Below, in pieces: positions 18,264-26,222 of a stretch of DNA of 64,000 nucleotides (the stretch's first letter is position 1; each line of letters opens with the position of its first letter). The position numbers and the translations under genes were made by a program. The notes under the pieces were generated by a model. The model made no database searches. It was not told the origin of the DNA and was given only the letters and a program-made list of their open reading frames with translations. Source of the stretch: a virus; IMG/VR virus record IMGVR_UViG_3300020474_000008, positions 5,603 through 69,602 of that record. One strand, written 5' to 3'.

Positions 18264-19591
18264 GTTGTTTGATTAATAATGCTTCTAATCTTCTGAGTCT
18301 TCTTATCCCTAGGTATTTCAGATACCTTCATCACACTGTAATTCATGTCACCAAGCCTTGACCTCAATCCATTTACAATTTCACTATGTATGTCCTCATC
18401 ACAGTCCTCATTCTGCACATAGTTGAATGTAATGTCCTTGCTTGACTTCTGAATGATCTGGAACATTTTAACAGCAGGCATCTTCTTGTCAATCCAACTG
18501 TAAAAGTTCACACCAGGTAGTCTGGAACCAGAAGCAGATACCAGAATATCACTGCTTCTACCATTAATCTCCTTGATCTTATCATCCTCCAACACAAAGG
18601 TGTCCTCAGTCTTGTATCTAATCAGAGGCATGTAGTGGTTAATAAATCCAGTGGCAATCAAACCATGAGTACCATCACCATTATCATAGAATTCATCAAT
18701 ACCATACTCCAAGTTCTGAATGTAATCCTTTGAATCCTCTGTCTGATACATGAAGGATACCTTCTCCATCTGTCCATAATGACCACAAGGTTTGATACCT
18801 AGGACAGCATCAACTTTATCATACCATTGATTCAACATCTTCTCAGATGTCACATGAATCTTTTCAATATCATTCAGGAACAGAACTTCTTCATCCAAGA
18901 GACAAGCAAGGATGTAAGCAGAGGATGGATAGGTACAGATTGTCTGGTAGTATCCTGAATTAATCTTATCAACATACAAGTGAACTGTATCTTTGTTGAG
19001 ATGATAGGCAGACATATACAGTCTCTTCAACTCATGGTCATAGTACCACAGTGGTGAATCACTATTCTTAGGCACATACCTTCTCAACCACACACTGGGA
19101 GTGTCATACATCTCTGCTCCCTGCTGTTGGTAGGCACGCATATTAAATGCTGCCTCCCTCTTGAAGACATCATCATTGACAAAGAACTTTAACTTATCAC
19201 CACTAGAACCACTAGTTGTAATAGGATATGCCTTTTGATGTGATAGGTTTGAGGCAATAAGATTATTCCTATTCTCCATGATAATCTTCTTTGTGAGAAC
19301 TGGAAACTTCTTCAAGTCATCAACAGTCTGAAAATCATCAGGGGTCCAATTATTATCAACAAATATCTGTCTATAATAGGGAACATTGTTATAGCAATGG
19401 TGCAGCAACACCCTCATCTCTGACAGTTGATACTCTTTCTTTCTCCACTCAGACCAAGCAACAGATTCCGTTAAAAAAGAAAGTGTATCTTCATACACTT
19501 TCCCATACCTTTTTGAAAAGGGAACTACATTATAGTACAGTCTCTTAATTATATTAGGAGACTTCTTAACAATACTTTTGATGGTTCCCAT
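18260..19591 (-). CDS. phenylacetate-CoA ligase-like / CapK family adenylate-forming enzyme
   Basis: VPYYR, DLKKFPVLTK, TTSGSSG, YPSS, YGQME, MPLIRYKTED, GRSSD. Confidence 0.88.
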   Translation of the reverse strand: MGTIKSIVKKSPNIIKRLYYNVVPFSKRYGKVYEDTLSFLTESVAWSEWRKKEYQLSEMRVLLHHCYNNVPYYRQIFVDNNWTPDDFQTVDDLKKFPVLTKKIIMENRNNLIASNLSHQKAYPITTSGSSGDKLKFFVNDDVFKREAAFNMRAYQQQGAEMYDTPSVWLRRYVPKNSDSPLWYYDHELKRLYMSAYHLNKDTVHLYVDKINSGYYQTICTYPSSAYILACLLDEEVLFLNDIEKIHVTSEKMLNQWYDKVDAVLGIKPCGHYGQMEKVSFMYQTEDSKDYIQNLEYGIDEFYDNGDGTHGLIATGFINHYMPLIRYKTEDTFVLEDDKIKEINGRSSDILVSASGSRLPGVNFYSWIDKKMPAVKMFQIIQKSSKDITFNYVQNEDCDEDIHSEIVNGLRSRLGDMNYSVMKVSEIPRDKKTQKIRSIINQTT

Positions 19592-19904
19592 TGAAAAAAT
19601 CCTCACTGTTTACTGCTTTGTCATCAATATAATAAGTTGCAGAGAACTTGACACCTGTCCTGAGAATATGGAATTTCAAACCCCATGAACGCAGTTGGTC
19701 AAAGGTTTTTTCATAGTGATTAATCTTAGAGTCACATCCTCTACCAGTTTCAATGATGATGTAGTGACCCTCTGACCACAACTTATTGACTACCTCAATT
19801 CTATCACGATATGGGACAGCTGCAAAGTAATCCCACCTACCTTCTTCTTCAATGTATGGTGGATCACACAGTGTATGGTCTAGGTCAAAGCAGTATTTGT
19901 TCAT
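19566..19904 (-). CDS. HAD-superfamily phosphatase
   Basis: FDLDHTLC, TGRG, YIDDKA. Confidence 0.8.
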   Translation of the reverse strand: MNKYCFDLDHTLCDPPYIEEEGRWDYFAAVPYRDRIEVVNKLWSEGHYIIIETGRGCDSKINHYEKTFDQLRSWGLKFHILRTGVKFSATYYIDDKAVNSEDFFNGNHQKYC

Positions 19905-20773
19905 TTAAGTTTCTCCTTTACGTAATCAAGTGCTTCATAATAATCCATCAGTTCATCATGAGATAATCCTTTTAGATATTCCCAAAGTTGGTTATTCTTT
20001 GTCATAAAAGGATTACTATAATGAGAGTTGGGTGTTCTCTTATGCTCCATATGGTATGCATAGTTATTGATTCTACCAATCTTGTAACCAAACATACTCC
20101 ATCTATGGTGCCTTTCTACATCCTCTGGGGCATATGCAATAAAGTTTTCATTCTCTAAGTATCCATCCATGTAGACTTGTTTATTAAAGAACTGAACCAT
20201 ACCATACTCTGCCCAACCTTCACCATTACCATGAGGAGCATATCCATAGGACTGGTCAAGCACTTCTGGTTTCCAAGTGGCAACAAACTCCTGCACAATT
20301 GGTTGTTTGAGTAGGGCATCAAGGTCATCAACATCCTCAATGTGTGTATTCAGGACAACTTTTCTCTCTCCTCTCTCACCAAATCTATATGGATATACCA
20401 CATCTGATTCATGACTATCCAACATCTCCTTTGCTGTCACATAAGAACTGATAGGAAGAATGATATCACTATCATAGTTCACCACAATATCAGTCTCTGC
20501 ATCCAGAACCATCTCATTCAGGAGTCTTGTCCTGTGAAAGTGGTCATCATGATTCTCTTCATACTGATAGATCAGATTAGATGTATCAGCAATAGATTTG
20601 ATAGTGGGAAGTGCCCACAATTCAAACTTCTTCATCTCATCTGATTCTTTTACAATGACTTTACAGTCAAAGTTATTCAGAAGGAATGATGTGGAAAGGA
20701 TGATGTTCCTCAATCTGTCATCAGTATCAATCCTCAGGGGGATGATAAAGGTTACATTACTAAGGTCAATCAT
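19901..20773 (-). CDS. GT-A glycosyltransferase (GT2/GT7-like)
   Basis: TFIIP, YDSD, ENENFIAYAPED, YHMEH. Confidence 0.8.
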   Translation of the reverse strand: MIDLSNVTFIIPLRIDTDDRLRNIILSTSFLLNNFDCKVIVKESDEMKKFELWALPTIKSIADTSNLIYQYEENHDDHFHRTRLLNEMVLDAETDIVVNYDSDIILPISSYVTAKEMLDSHESDVVYPYRFGERGERKVVLNTHIEDVDDLDALLKQPIVQEFVATWKPEVLDQSYGYAPHGNGEGWAEYGMVQFFNKQVYMDGYLENENFIAYAPEDVERHHRWSMFGYKIGRINNYAYHMEHKRTPNSHYSNPFMTKNNQLWEYLKGLSHDELMDYYEALDYVKEKLK

Positions 20774-21564
20774 ATCCTCTTCCATCTAGCAGGAACCAGG
20801 TCTTTTGTATCATTCTTCTCATCCAGTGGTGGACCAAACCATCTCTTAGGTGCAATCACCTGCTTACTATCAGACAACCAAGCACCCCACCAGGAGAAGG
20901 AAGAGTTAGCAATGATGTGATACTGACACATAGACATCAGACACATATCAAACAGGTTACTGTTGCCCTCTGAGATAGAAAATCTGTCAGGAGCAAACAA
21001 CTTTTGGTCAAATGCCCAGATGGGATCATCAGTAAAGATGACAACAGGCAACTCTTGTGGCAACAAACTCAATGCAGTTTCATAGTAGTCAGTGGTCTGT
21101 GGACCATGCCATGGTTGCTCTACATAATCACCTCTACGAATGTGAAGAGCAATAATCTCATCAGACATTTCATCTCTCATCTCCTTTGCTGGATTGTAGA
21201 TGTTTGGCAGGAAGGTAAAGTCTTCTAAGAGTTCATCTCTAATATCAGCAAAGTATTTCTCTGTCTGGAAGTATCCAAACAAATCAACATCATCAGGGCA
21301 GGTGTTATACAGGTCTTCATTAAAGTGGAAGTACCCTTCCTGCACCATATTCTGAGCATTATTAAACCTGATGTTCTCTGCTGGCAGACTATCTAATTTG
21401 AATGCCTCAAACAACTGGTGCTCCTTATATGGATCACTGAAAGTGCTGGGTGGAATGGTGAAGTCATAACCATGCTTCTTAGCAATGGACTTCAACGTAG
21501 AGTATTGAAACATCTGGTTTCCAAGGCGACCCCAGAAACCAAGATGATTAAAACTGATTGTCAT
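20770..21564 (-). CDS. glycosyltransferase family 11
   Basis: GRLGNQMFQY, GYFQTEKYF, LHIRRGDY, NSSFSWWGAWL; start reset to MTISFN. Confidence 0.93.
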   Translation of the reverse strand: MTISFNHLGFWGRLGNQMFQYSTLKSIAKKHGYDFTIPPSTFSDPYKEHQLFEAFKLDSLPAENIRFNNAQNMVQEGYFHFNEDLYNTCPDDVDLFGYFQTEKYFADIRDELLEDFTFLPNIYNPAKEMRDEMSDEIIALHIRRGDYVEQPWHGPQTTDYYETALSLLPQELPVVIFTDDPIWAFDQKLFAPDRFSISEGNSNLFDMCLMSMCQYHIIANSSFSWWGAWLSDSKQVIAPKRWFGPPLDEKNDTKDLVPARWKRI

Positions 21565-21565
21565 A

Positions 21566-22642
21566 TCAAACAGGATGATGAAGTGGAATGTATGGTTCTG
21601 AACTTTTGATCTGTGATTTAATCCAAGTATATGTCTTTCTGATACCCTCTTCAAGTGTCTGTGAATAATCCCAACCAAGTTTTTCTCTAATGAGATCATT
21701 GTTGGAGTTACGTCCTCTGACACCCAAAGGAGCATCCAGTTTATGCATCTTTCTTACTTCCTTGCCTGCAACCCTAGCAGCAGTTTCTACCAGTTCATTG
21801 ATGGTTACCATCTCTTCTGAACCAATATTCACTGGTCCCATGAAGTCTGAGTCCATCATGCGTCTGGTTGCTTCAATACATTCATCGATGTACAAGAAGG
21901 ATCTAGTCTGTAACCCATCTCCCCACACCTCAATAGCTCCACCCTCCTCTGGGAGGTATGCAACCTTGCGACAGATTGCTGCTGGTGCTTTCTCACGCCC
22001 ACCATCCCAGGTTCCTTCTGGTCCAAAAATGTTGTGATAACGAGCCACTCTAACAGGGATACCATGATTACGATTGTAAGCAAAATAAAGACGTTCTGAG
22101 AAGAGTTTCTCCCATCCATATTCTGAGTCTGGGTTTGCTGGGTACGCTGATTCTTCACGGCAGTCAGGGTTATCAGGGTCTACTTGATTATGCTCTGGGT
22201 ACATACAAGCAGAACCAGAATAGAAGATCTTGGTCCTGTTGCCAACCCTTTCATTCATCTCCCTTTGTGATTCCAACACATTCAGATTAATCTGAACTGA
22301 GTTGTGCATGATGTCAGCATCATTCTCACCAGTGAAAACAAAACCAGCACCACCCATATCAGCAGCAAACTGATAGATCTCATCAAAGCCATGAATGTAA
22401 CGAAGAGGGACAGAGTTATAGAAGTTACCCCTGTCACCTTTATATTCTAAACATCTTTCTACAAATCTTTTATCTCTTAGATCTCCTACAACAAATTCAT
22501 TGGCAGCAGTGGGAGTATATTCAGGAATTTTGAGATCAACACCTCTCACCCAATACCCATCATCACGCAGTCTCTTGACCATGTGACTACCAATGAATCC
22601 ACCTGCGCCAAGAACAAGCGCTTTCTTTACATATTGAGCCAT
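21566..22642 (-). CDS. NAD-dependent epimerase, GDP-mannose 3,5-epimerase-like
   Basis: GAGGFIG, AADMGG, SACMYP, YGWEK, GGREKAPAA.CRK, GVRGRNS. Confidence 0.92.
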   Translation of the reverse strand: MAQYVKKALVLGAGGFIGSHMVKRLRDDGYWVRGVDLKIPEYTPTAANEFVVGDLRDKRFVERCLEYKGDRGNFYNSVPLRYIHGFDEIYQFAADMGGAGFVFTGENDADIMHNSVQINLNVLESQREMNERVGNRTKIFYSGSACMYPEHNQVDPDNPDCREESAYPANPDSEYGWEKLFSERLYFAYNRNHGIPVRVARYHNIFGPEGTWDGGREKAPAAICRKVAYLPEEGGAIEVWGDGLQTRSFLYIDECIEATRRMMDSDFMGPVNIGSEEMVTINELVETAARVAGKEVRKMHKLDAPLGVRGRNSNNDLIREKLGWDYSQTLEEGIRKTYTWIKSQIKSSEPYIPLHHPV

Positions 22643-22671
22643 GCTAAATCAAAAACTATACAACAATTATA

Positions 22672-22905
22672 TCAACCACCTACTTTTTTGACAAGAGCAT
22701 CAAAGTTGGGTTCCATCAATGATACAATCTTCCACAAAATTTCAGTCTTGTCACCAGCAGGTGCTGATGCATCAGTGGTGTGCTCATGAGTTTGGAGTGC
22801 TCTTACTTCTGCCTCCAACTTCTTCAATCTTGCTTCAACTTCTACGTCATACTTGGACATTGCTGCCCCAGTAGCAGACTTTGCTGCTGATCCTTTTGCT
22901 GCCAT
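22672..22905 (-). CDS. hypothetical protein (late)
   Basis: 77-aa ORF downstream of a late-type TCTAAATA at 22931-22938. Confidence 0.7.
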   Translation of the reverse strand: MAAKGSAAKSATGAAMSKYDVEVEARLKKLEAEVRALQTHEHTTDASAPAGDKTEILWKIVSLMEPNFDALVKKVGG

Positions 22906-22937
22906 TTTTCCATTTTCAAAACTAACACCCTATTTAG

Positions 22938-22971
22938 AAAAAAAGCAGGGTAGGTTTCCCCACCCTGCTTT
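22938..22971 (-). terminator. intrinsic terminator
   Basis: GCAGGGTGGG-GAAA-CCTACCCTGC followed by T7. Confidence 0.85.
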
Positions 22972-22978
22972 ACAAAGG

Positions 22979-23066
22979 TCCATGCACGCCACTTGCTCTT
23001 TGTCTGGAAGCAAGAAACCAACGGATTATTCATCCCGACCAGTGCTGTTTGAGTCCATCCGTGACT
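22979..23066 (-). ncRNA. wcaG-like structured RNA
   Basis: AGTCACGGATGGACT...CTGGTCGGGAT...TGGTTTCTTGCTTCCA...AGAGCAAGTGGCGTGCATGG; nested stems; upstream of an NAD-dependent epimerase and glycan genes; family assignment from memory. Confidence 0.65.
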
Positions 23067-23277
23067 TGATAAGATCAATTCTTACCTTTAAATTCTCTTC
23101 TGATTCTCTTTGATAGATGCCATAACTAATATTCATCAGTGTCTGAACTGTCTTCCAACCATGATACCTCTTCTGAGATTTGAACCTCTTGAAGGTATCT
23201 TCTAGTAGAAGATTTGCATCAGATACTGTCATCCAAGGATGAACAAAGGTTAGATTGATGGCATCTTCCTGGAACAT
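23026..23277 (-). CDS. hypothetical protein
   Basis: MFQEDAINL...; TAATG-coupled; 3' end overlaps the RNA motif. Confidence 0.55.
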   Translation of the reverse strand: MFQEDAINLTFVHPWMTVSDANLLLEDTFKRFKSQKRYHGWKTVQTLMNISYGIYQRESEENLKVRIDLIKSRMDSNSTGRDE

Positions 23278-23519
23278 TAGGAAACTCTTTTTGCTACGTC
23301 TTTGACATAACAAGGAACACCATCAGGATCTAACCATTTGGTATATTCAAAGTCTTCCATAGCAGTAAGCAACTGCATTTGGTTGTCACAAAGATACATG
23401 TCTTTGTATTTACCAGTGTAGGAATCTACTTTTTGAATCCTGTAATCAGGCATACCATTAAGTTCAATGGTGCCTTTCTCAACATAACGATAGGGGAATT
23501 GTTCTAGAAGAATCTTCAT
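23277..23519 (-). CDS. hypothetical cyanophage protein
   Basis: 80-aa ORF, FPYRYVE..NGMPDYRIQK. Confidence 0.75.
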   Translation of the reverse strand: MKILLEQFPYRYVEKGTIELNGMPDYRIQKVDSYTGKYKDMYLCDNQMQLLTAMEDFEYTKWLDPDGVPCYVKDVAKRVS

Positions 23520-23725
23520 GCCACAGTATTGAGATCAGAAGCAAGGTAATCAAGAAGGATATCATAGTCATCCAGGGGATCACCTGAAAAAACTACTCCA
23601 CTGTTCTCATAAAACTTACGAACTTTTTTGTAAAGTTTTGGATTCTTTACATCCAAGAAGAAGTCTCCTTTGACAGCACACTGAAGAGTGTTGATGTCCT
23701 TTTTGAACTTGGAAGTGATTGTCAT
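23516..23725 (-). CDS. hypothetical cyanophage protein
   Basis: 69-aa ORF, LDVKNPKLYKKV..GDPLDDY. Confidence 0.75.
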   Translation of the reverse strand: MTITSKFKKDINTLQCAVKGDFFLDVKNPKLYKKVRKFYENSGVVFSGDPLDDYDILLDYLASDLNTVA

Positions 23726-23747
23726 TGTCCTGTTTGGATACCTTGTA

Positions 23748-23798
23748 ATTCTATAATGATTGACCTATTTGGTCAAGGGGACAGTAAAGGCACTGTCC
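23748..23798 (-). promoter_or_regulatory. sigma70-type promoter with upstream GGACAGT-N6-ACTGTCC palindrome
   Basis: TTGACC-N17-TAGAAT at 23748-23776; palindrome at 23779-23798. Confidence 0.65.
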
Positions 23799-23800
23799 AA

Positions 23801-23872
23801 TGGGAACACTGGGAATTGAACCCAGACTAAGCCCTTATAAGGAGCTCGCTCTAACCGTTAAGCTATGCTCCC
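23801..23872 (-). tRNA. tRNA-Ile(UAU)
   Basis: GGGAGCA...CT-TAT-AA...GGTTCAATTCC...TGTTCCCA cloverleaf. Confidence 0.9.
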
Positions 23873-23877
23873 AGGAG

Positions 23878-24048
23878 TTAGGAGGCTTCGTTGTGGTCTG
23901 TGTATATCTTTATTATCTCATCATCATAGGGGACCATTACTGCCCTATCCCCATTCTCATTTTCTATACCAATTGTCTCCCCATTCTCCACTCTTTCCAT
24001 AAGAGTTTCCCAGTTCTCCTGCCAGTATTCCACAGAGAAGTATTCCAT
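23878..24048 (-). CDS. small acidic protein, Phd/YefM-like (56 aa, not in ORF track)
   Basis: MEYFSVEYWQENWETLMERVENGETIGIENENGDRAVMVP... Confidence 0.6.
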   Translation of the reverse strand: MEYFSVEYWQENWETLMERVENGETIGIENENGDRAVMVPYDDEIIKIYTDHNEAS

Positions 24049-24063
24049 AGTTGATTTATATAG

Positions 24064-24753
24064 TCAAACAAATAATTGTAATTTTTCAAGGATTGTCTTA
24101 TATGCTGGAACTAAATCTCCCTCATCCAATCTGAACAAATCCTTATCAAACCTATCTTGATTGTCCTTAGACCATAGTCTCATTGAGTCAGGAGATATCT
24201 CATCAGCAAGAAGTAAATCTCCATGATTATCAATACCAAACTCAATCTTAAAATCAATCAAGTCCATACCTGTAAGATTGAATATGTTTAGAAGAAGTTC
24301 ATTGATAATTGATGCCTGTTCTTGAAGGGGTTTAGGATCAATTCCCATTATTTTCACTCTATCAGGAGTAAGTAATGGGTCATGCTTTGAGTCATCTTTA
24401 AGGAAGAACTCTACAATAGCAGGAATGATTGGTTGTCCCTCTTGAATAGTTGTAGTTTTTACTATTGAACCTGCTGCTCTGTTCCTTACAATAACTTCTA
24501 ATGGAAGTATTTTTACCTTCTTGCAAAGCATGTTGTTTGGACCAACCTGCCTTACATAATGATTCCTTATACCTAAATCTGCAAGTTTCTCAAAGAGAAT
24601 TGATGAGATCTGACAGCATAATGACCCCTTTCCTGCTGGATAATCCTCTTTCTCACCATTACCAGCAGTAACTTTATCATGATACTTGATGAGAACCTCC
24701 TCAGCATTCTCAGTATCATAAACTGATTTAACTTTTCCCTTTACTAAAAGCAT
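24064..24753 (-). CDS. purC: SAICAR synthase
   Basis: GKVKSVY, TAGNG, PLEVIVRN.AAGS, K.D..HDP, DFKIEFG, LADEISPD.MRLW, DKD.FR. Confidence 0.96.
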   Translation of the reverse strand: MLLVKGKVKSVYDTENAEEVLIKYHDKVTAGNGEKEDYPAGKGSLCCQISSILFEKLADLGIRNHYVRQVGPNNMLCKKVKILPLEVIVRNRAAGSIVKTTTIQEGQPIIPAIVEFFLKDDSKHDPLLTPDRVKIMGIDPKPLQEQASIINELLLNIFNLTGMDLIDFKIEFGIDNHGDLLLADEISPDSMRLWSKDNQDRFDKDLFRLDEGDLVPAYKTILEKLQLFV

Positions 24754-24775
24754 AATGTGTTATCCTAATGGACAA

Positions 24776-24860
24776 AGGAAGATCAGGGATTCGAACCCTG
24801 GAAGGTGTTACCCTTATTGGTTTTCAAGACCAACGCGATCAACCACTCTGCCAATCTTCC
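24776..24860 (-). tRNA. tRNA-Ser(UGA)
   Basis: GGAAGAT acceptor, CT-TGA-AA loop, long variable arm, TTCGAAT. Confidence 0.93.
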
Positions 24861-24863
24861 AAC

Positions 24864-25112
24864 TTAACGGACTTCAAAGTCCAATCTCTTGACTTTACGT
24901 CTCCTTCTTTCTTCCTGATACAGTAGTTCTGCTCTGGAGAAGTGACTGTCAATTCTTTCTTCTACGTTGTTAGTGACCATAACAACCTTATCTAGGTCAT
25001 TAGCACCTACTTTATTGTCCACAACTCTCATTTGGTTGGGACATCCACAGAACTGAACCTTGCTAGTGCTTGTCAATTCTGCACCACATTCTTTGCATCT
25101 GACTGTAATCAT
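24864..25112 (-). CDS. hypothetical Zn-ribbon protein
   Basis: CKEC...CGC. Confidence 0.7.
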   Translation of the reverse strand: MITVRCKECGAELTSTSKVQFCGCPNQMRVVDNKVGANDLDKVVMVTNNVEERIDSHFSRAELLYQEERRRRKVKRLDFEVR

Positions 25113-25141
25113 TAGAAAGCATTTAACCTCTTAGATGGTTA

Positions 25142-25213
25142 TGGGAGATACTGGATTCGAACCAGTGACACCCTGCGTGTAAAGCAGACATTCTACCACT
25201 GAACTAATCTCCC
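25142..25213 (-). tRNA. tRNA-Val(UAC)
   Basis: Cloverleaf with TT-TAC-AC loop. Confidence 0.93.
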
Positions 25214-25290
25214 TGGCTCCCTAACCTGGACTCGAACCAGGGACATTCTGATTAACAGTCAGACGCTGCTACCAACTGAGCTATTAGGGA
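25214..25290 (-). tRNA. tRNA-Asn(GUU), CCA encoded
   Basis: TCCCTAA acceptor, CT-GTT-AA loop, GCCA end abutting tRNA-Val. Confidence 0.93.
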
Positions 25291-25478
25291 TTGTTCTTTT
25301 TTGCTTTGAAGTAGAGTTTCCAATACCTCTTCTTCATCTCTTCTATGGTATCCATATCCTCTTTGAACCCCATATATTTAAGGTGCTGGTAAGTACCTTC
25401 CATCTCACTAATGAGTAGGGCAAGATTCATTTCATCAGGTTGACGTGAACCAAATTCAAAGTCTTTAAGAGATTTCAT
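25284..25478 (-). CDS. hypothetical protein
   Basis: 64-aa ORF inside the tRNA cluster; stop lies within the tRNA-Asn 5' end; start uncertain. Confidence 0.5.
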   Translation of the reverse strand: MKSLKDFEFGSRQPDEMNLALLISEMEGTYQHLKYMGFKEDMDTIEEMKKRYWKLYFKAKKNNP

Positions 25479-25524
25479 AGGGGAGGGATAGTGGTGGTGG
25501 TTGGTGGAGTACCACTATCCCCAG

Positions 25525-25598
25525 AGCCATTCATCAGACTTGAACTGATGACCTGCTGTTTACAAAACAGCTGCTCTATCCAACTGAGCTAGAATGGC
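25525..25598 (-). tRNA. tRNA-Thr(UGU)
   Basis: GCCATTC acceptor, TT-TGT-AA loop. Confidence 0.92.
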
Positions 25599-25599
25599 T

Positions 25600-25777
25600 T
25601 GGGTGGGTAGAGGGATTATACTATACCCTCAATGAAGATGGTCTCACTAGTAGTAATAGTGATCCTCAATCTTTTCAGTCCTCTTGGTAAGAGTTCTGTG
25701 TTTCCACAGCGGGCACCACCCCTGACTTACTTCACCATTACAGAGTGCATGACCACATCTGTTATTCTGGCATACCC
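25600..25777 (-). ncRNA. manA-like structured RNA
   Basis: ~180 nt multi-stem segment between tRNAs; TGTGGTCATGCAC..GGTGAAGTAAGTCAGGGGTGGTGCCCGCTG core; GGGTA/TACCC closing stem; family assignment from memory. Confidence 0.65.
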
Positions 25778-25801
25778 TATGGAGAATGATCAGTTCTCCA
25801 A

Positions 25802-25875
25802 CGACTCAAGTAGGATTCGAACCTACGACCGACTGCTTAGAAGGCAGTTGCTCTGTCCAGCTGAGCTATTGAGTC
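25802..25875 (-). tRNA. tRNA-Arg(UCU)
   Basis: GACTCAA acceptor, CT-TCT-AA loop. Confidence 0.94.
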
Positions 25876-25879
25876 AGAG

Positions 25880-25980
25880 TGCTAGTTCCTATCGCCTCCA
25901 ACCCTGAACTAGCAAGGGGGTTGCAGCAGTTGAGAGGGGACACATGTTTGTCTGTGCCTCTTACCTGTTTGCCTCTCAAC
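25880..25980 (-). ncRNA. hairpin plus H-type pseudoknot leader RNA
   Basis: GTTGAGAGG/CCTCTCAAC stem; CAACCC/GGGTTG crossing TGCTAGTTC/GAACTAGCA. Confidence 0.5.
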
Positions 25981-25986
25981 CCCTAT

Positions 25987-26015
25987 ATTATAGAGTGGGG
26001 TCAGTTCTCTGTCAA
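25987..26015 (-). promoter_or_regulatory. sigma70-type promoter of the tRNA/ncRNA operon
   Basis: TTGACA-N17-TATAAT perfect consensus. Confidence 0.85.
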
Positions 26016-26222
26016 GTAGTATGCTTCACAGTATTTGCAGATGCCTGCTGTGTGCATGTTGCCTTGTGATACCCAGTCATTAGCACACTCATAGATTGCT
26101 TGTGTGCTGTACTTAGGTCTTCCTCCTTCCATAGGACCACCAAATTTAGCAAGAAGAACTTTAAGTGCTTGTTCTCTTACCTTCATTTTCTGGTCACTAT
26201 ACCTCCAATCATCTATGGACAT
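26001..26222 (-). CDS. hypothetical protein
   Basis: MSIDDWRYSD...IYECANDWVSQGN. Confidence 0.65.
   Translation of the reverse strand: MSIDDWRYSDQKMKVREQALKVLLAKFGGPMEGGRPKYSTQAIYECANDWVSQGNMHTAGICKYCEAYYLTEN

Noticed and set aside
21565-21735. Long N-terminal extension of the GT11 ORF
   Set aside because: Overlaps the epimerase gene; the GT11 motif begins right after the ATG at 21564
25632-25907. + strand 91-aa ORF (and similarly 23800..24054)
   Set aside because: Overlaps tRNAs and structured RNA on the - strand
25876-25930. tRNA-associated HDV-like (theta) ribozyme
   Set aside because: It lies 5' rather than 3' of the tRNA and lacks P3/P1.1; kept only as a generic pseudoknot
1-26000. 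Absence of psbA/psbD near hli, pstS and the tRNAs
   Set aside because: Only part of the genome is visible, so gene loss cannot be concluded
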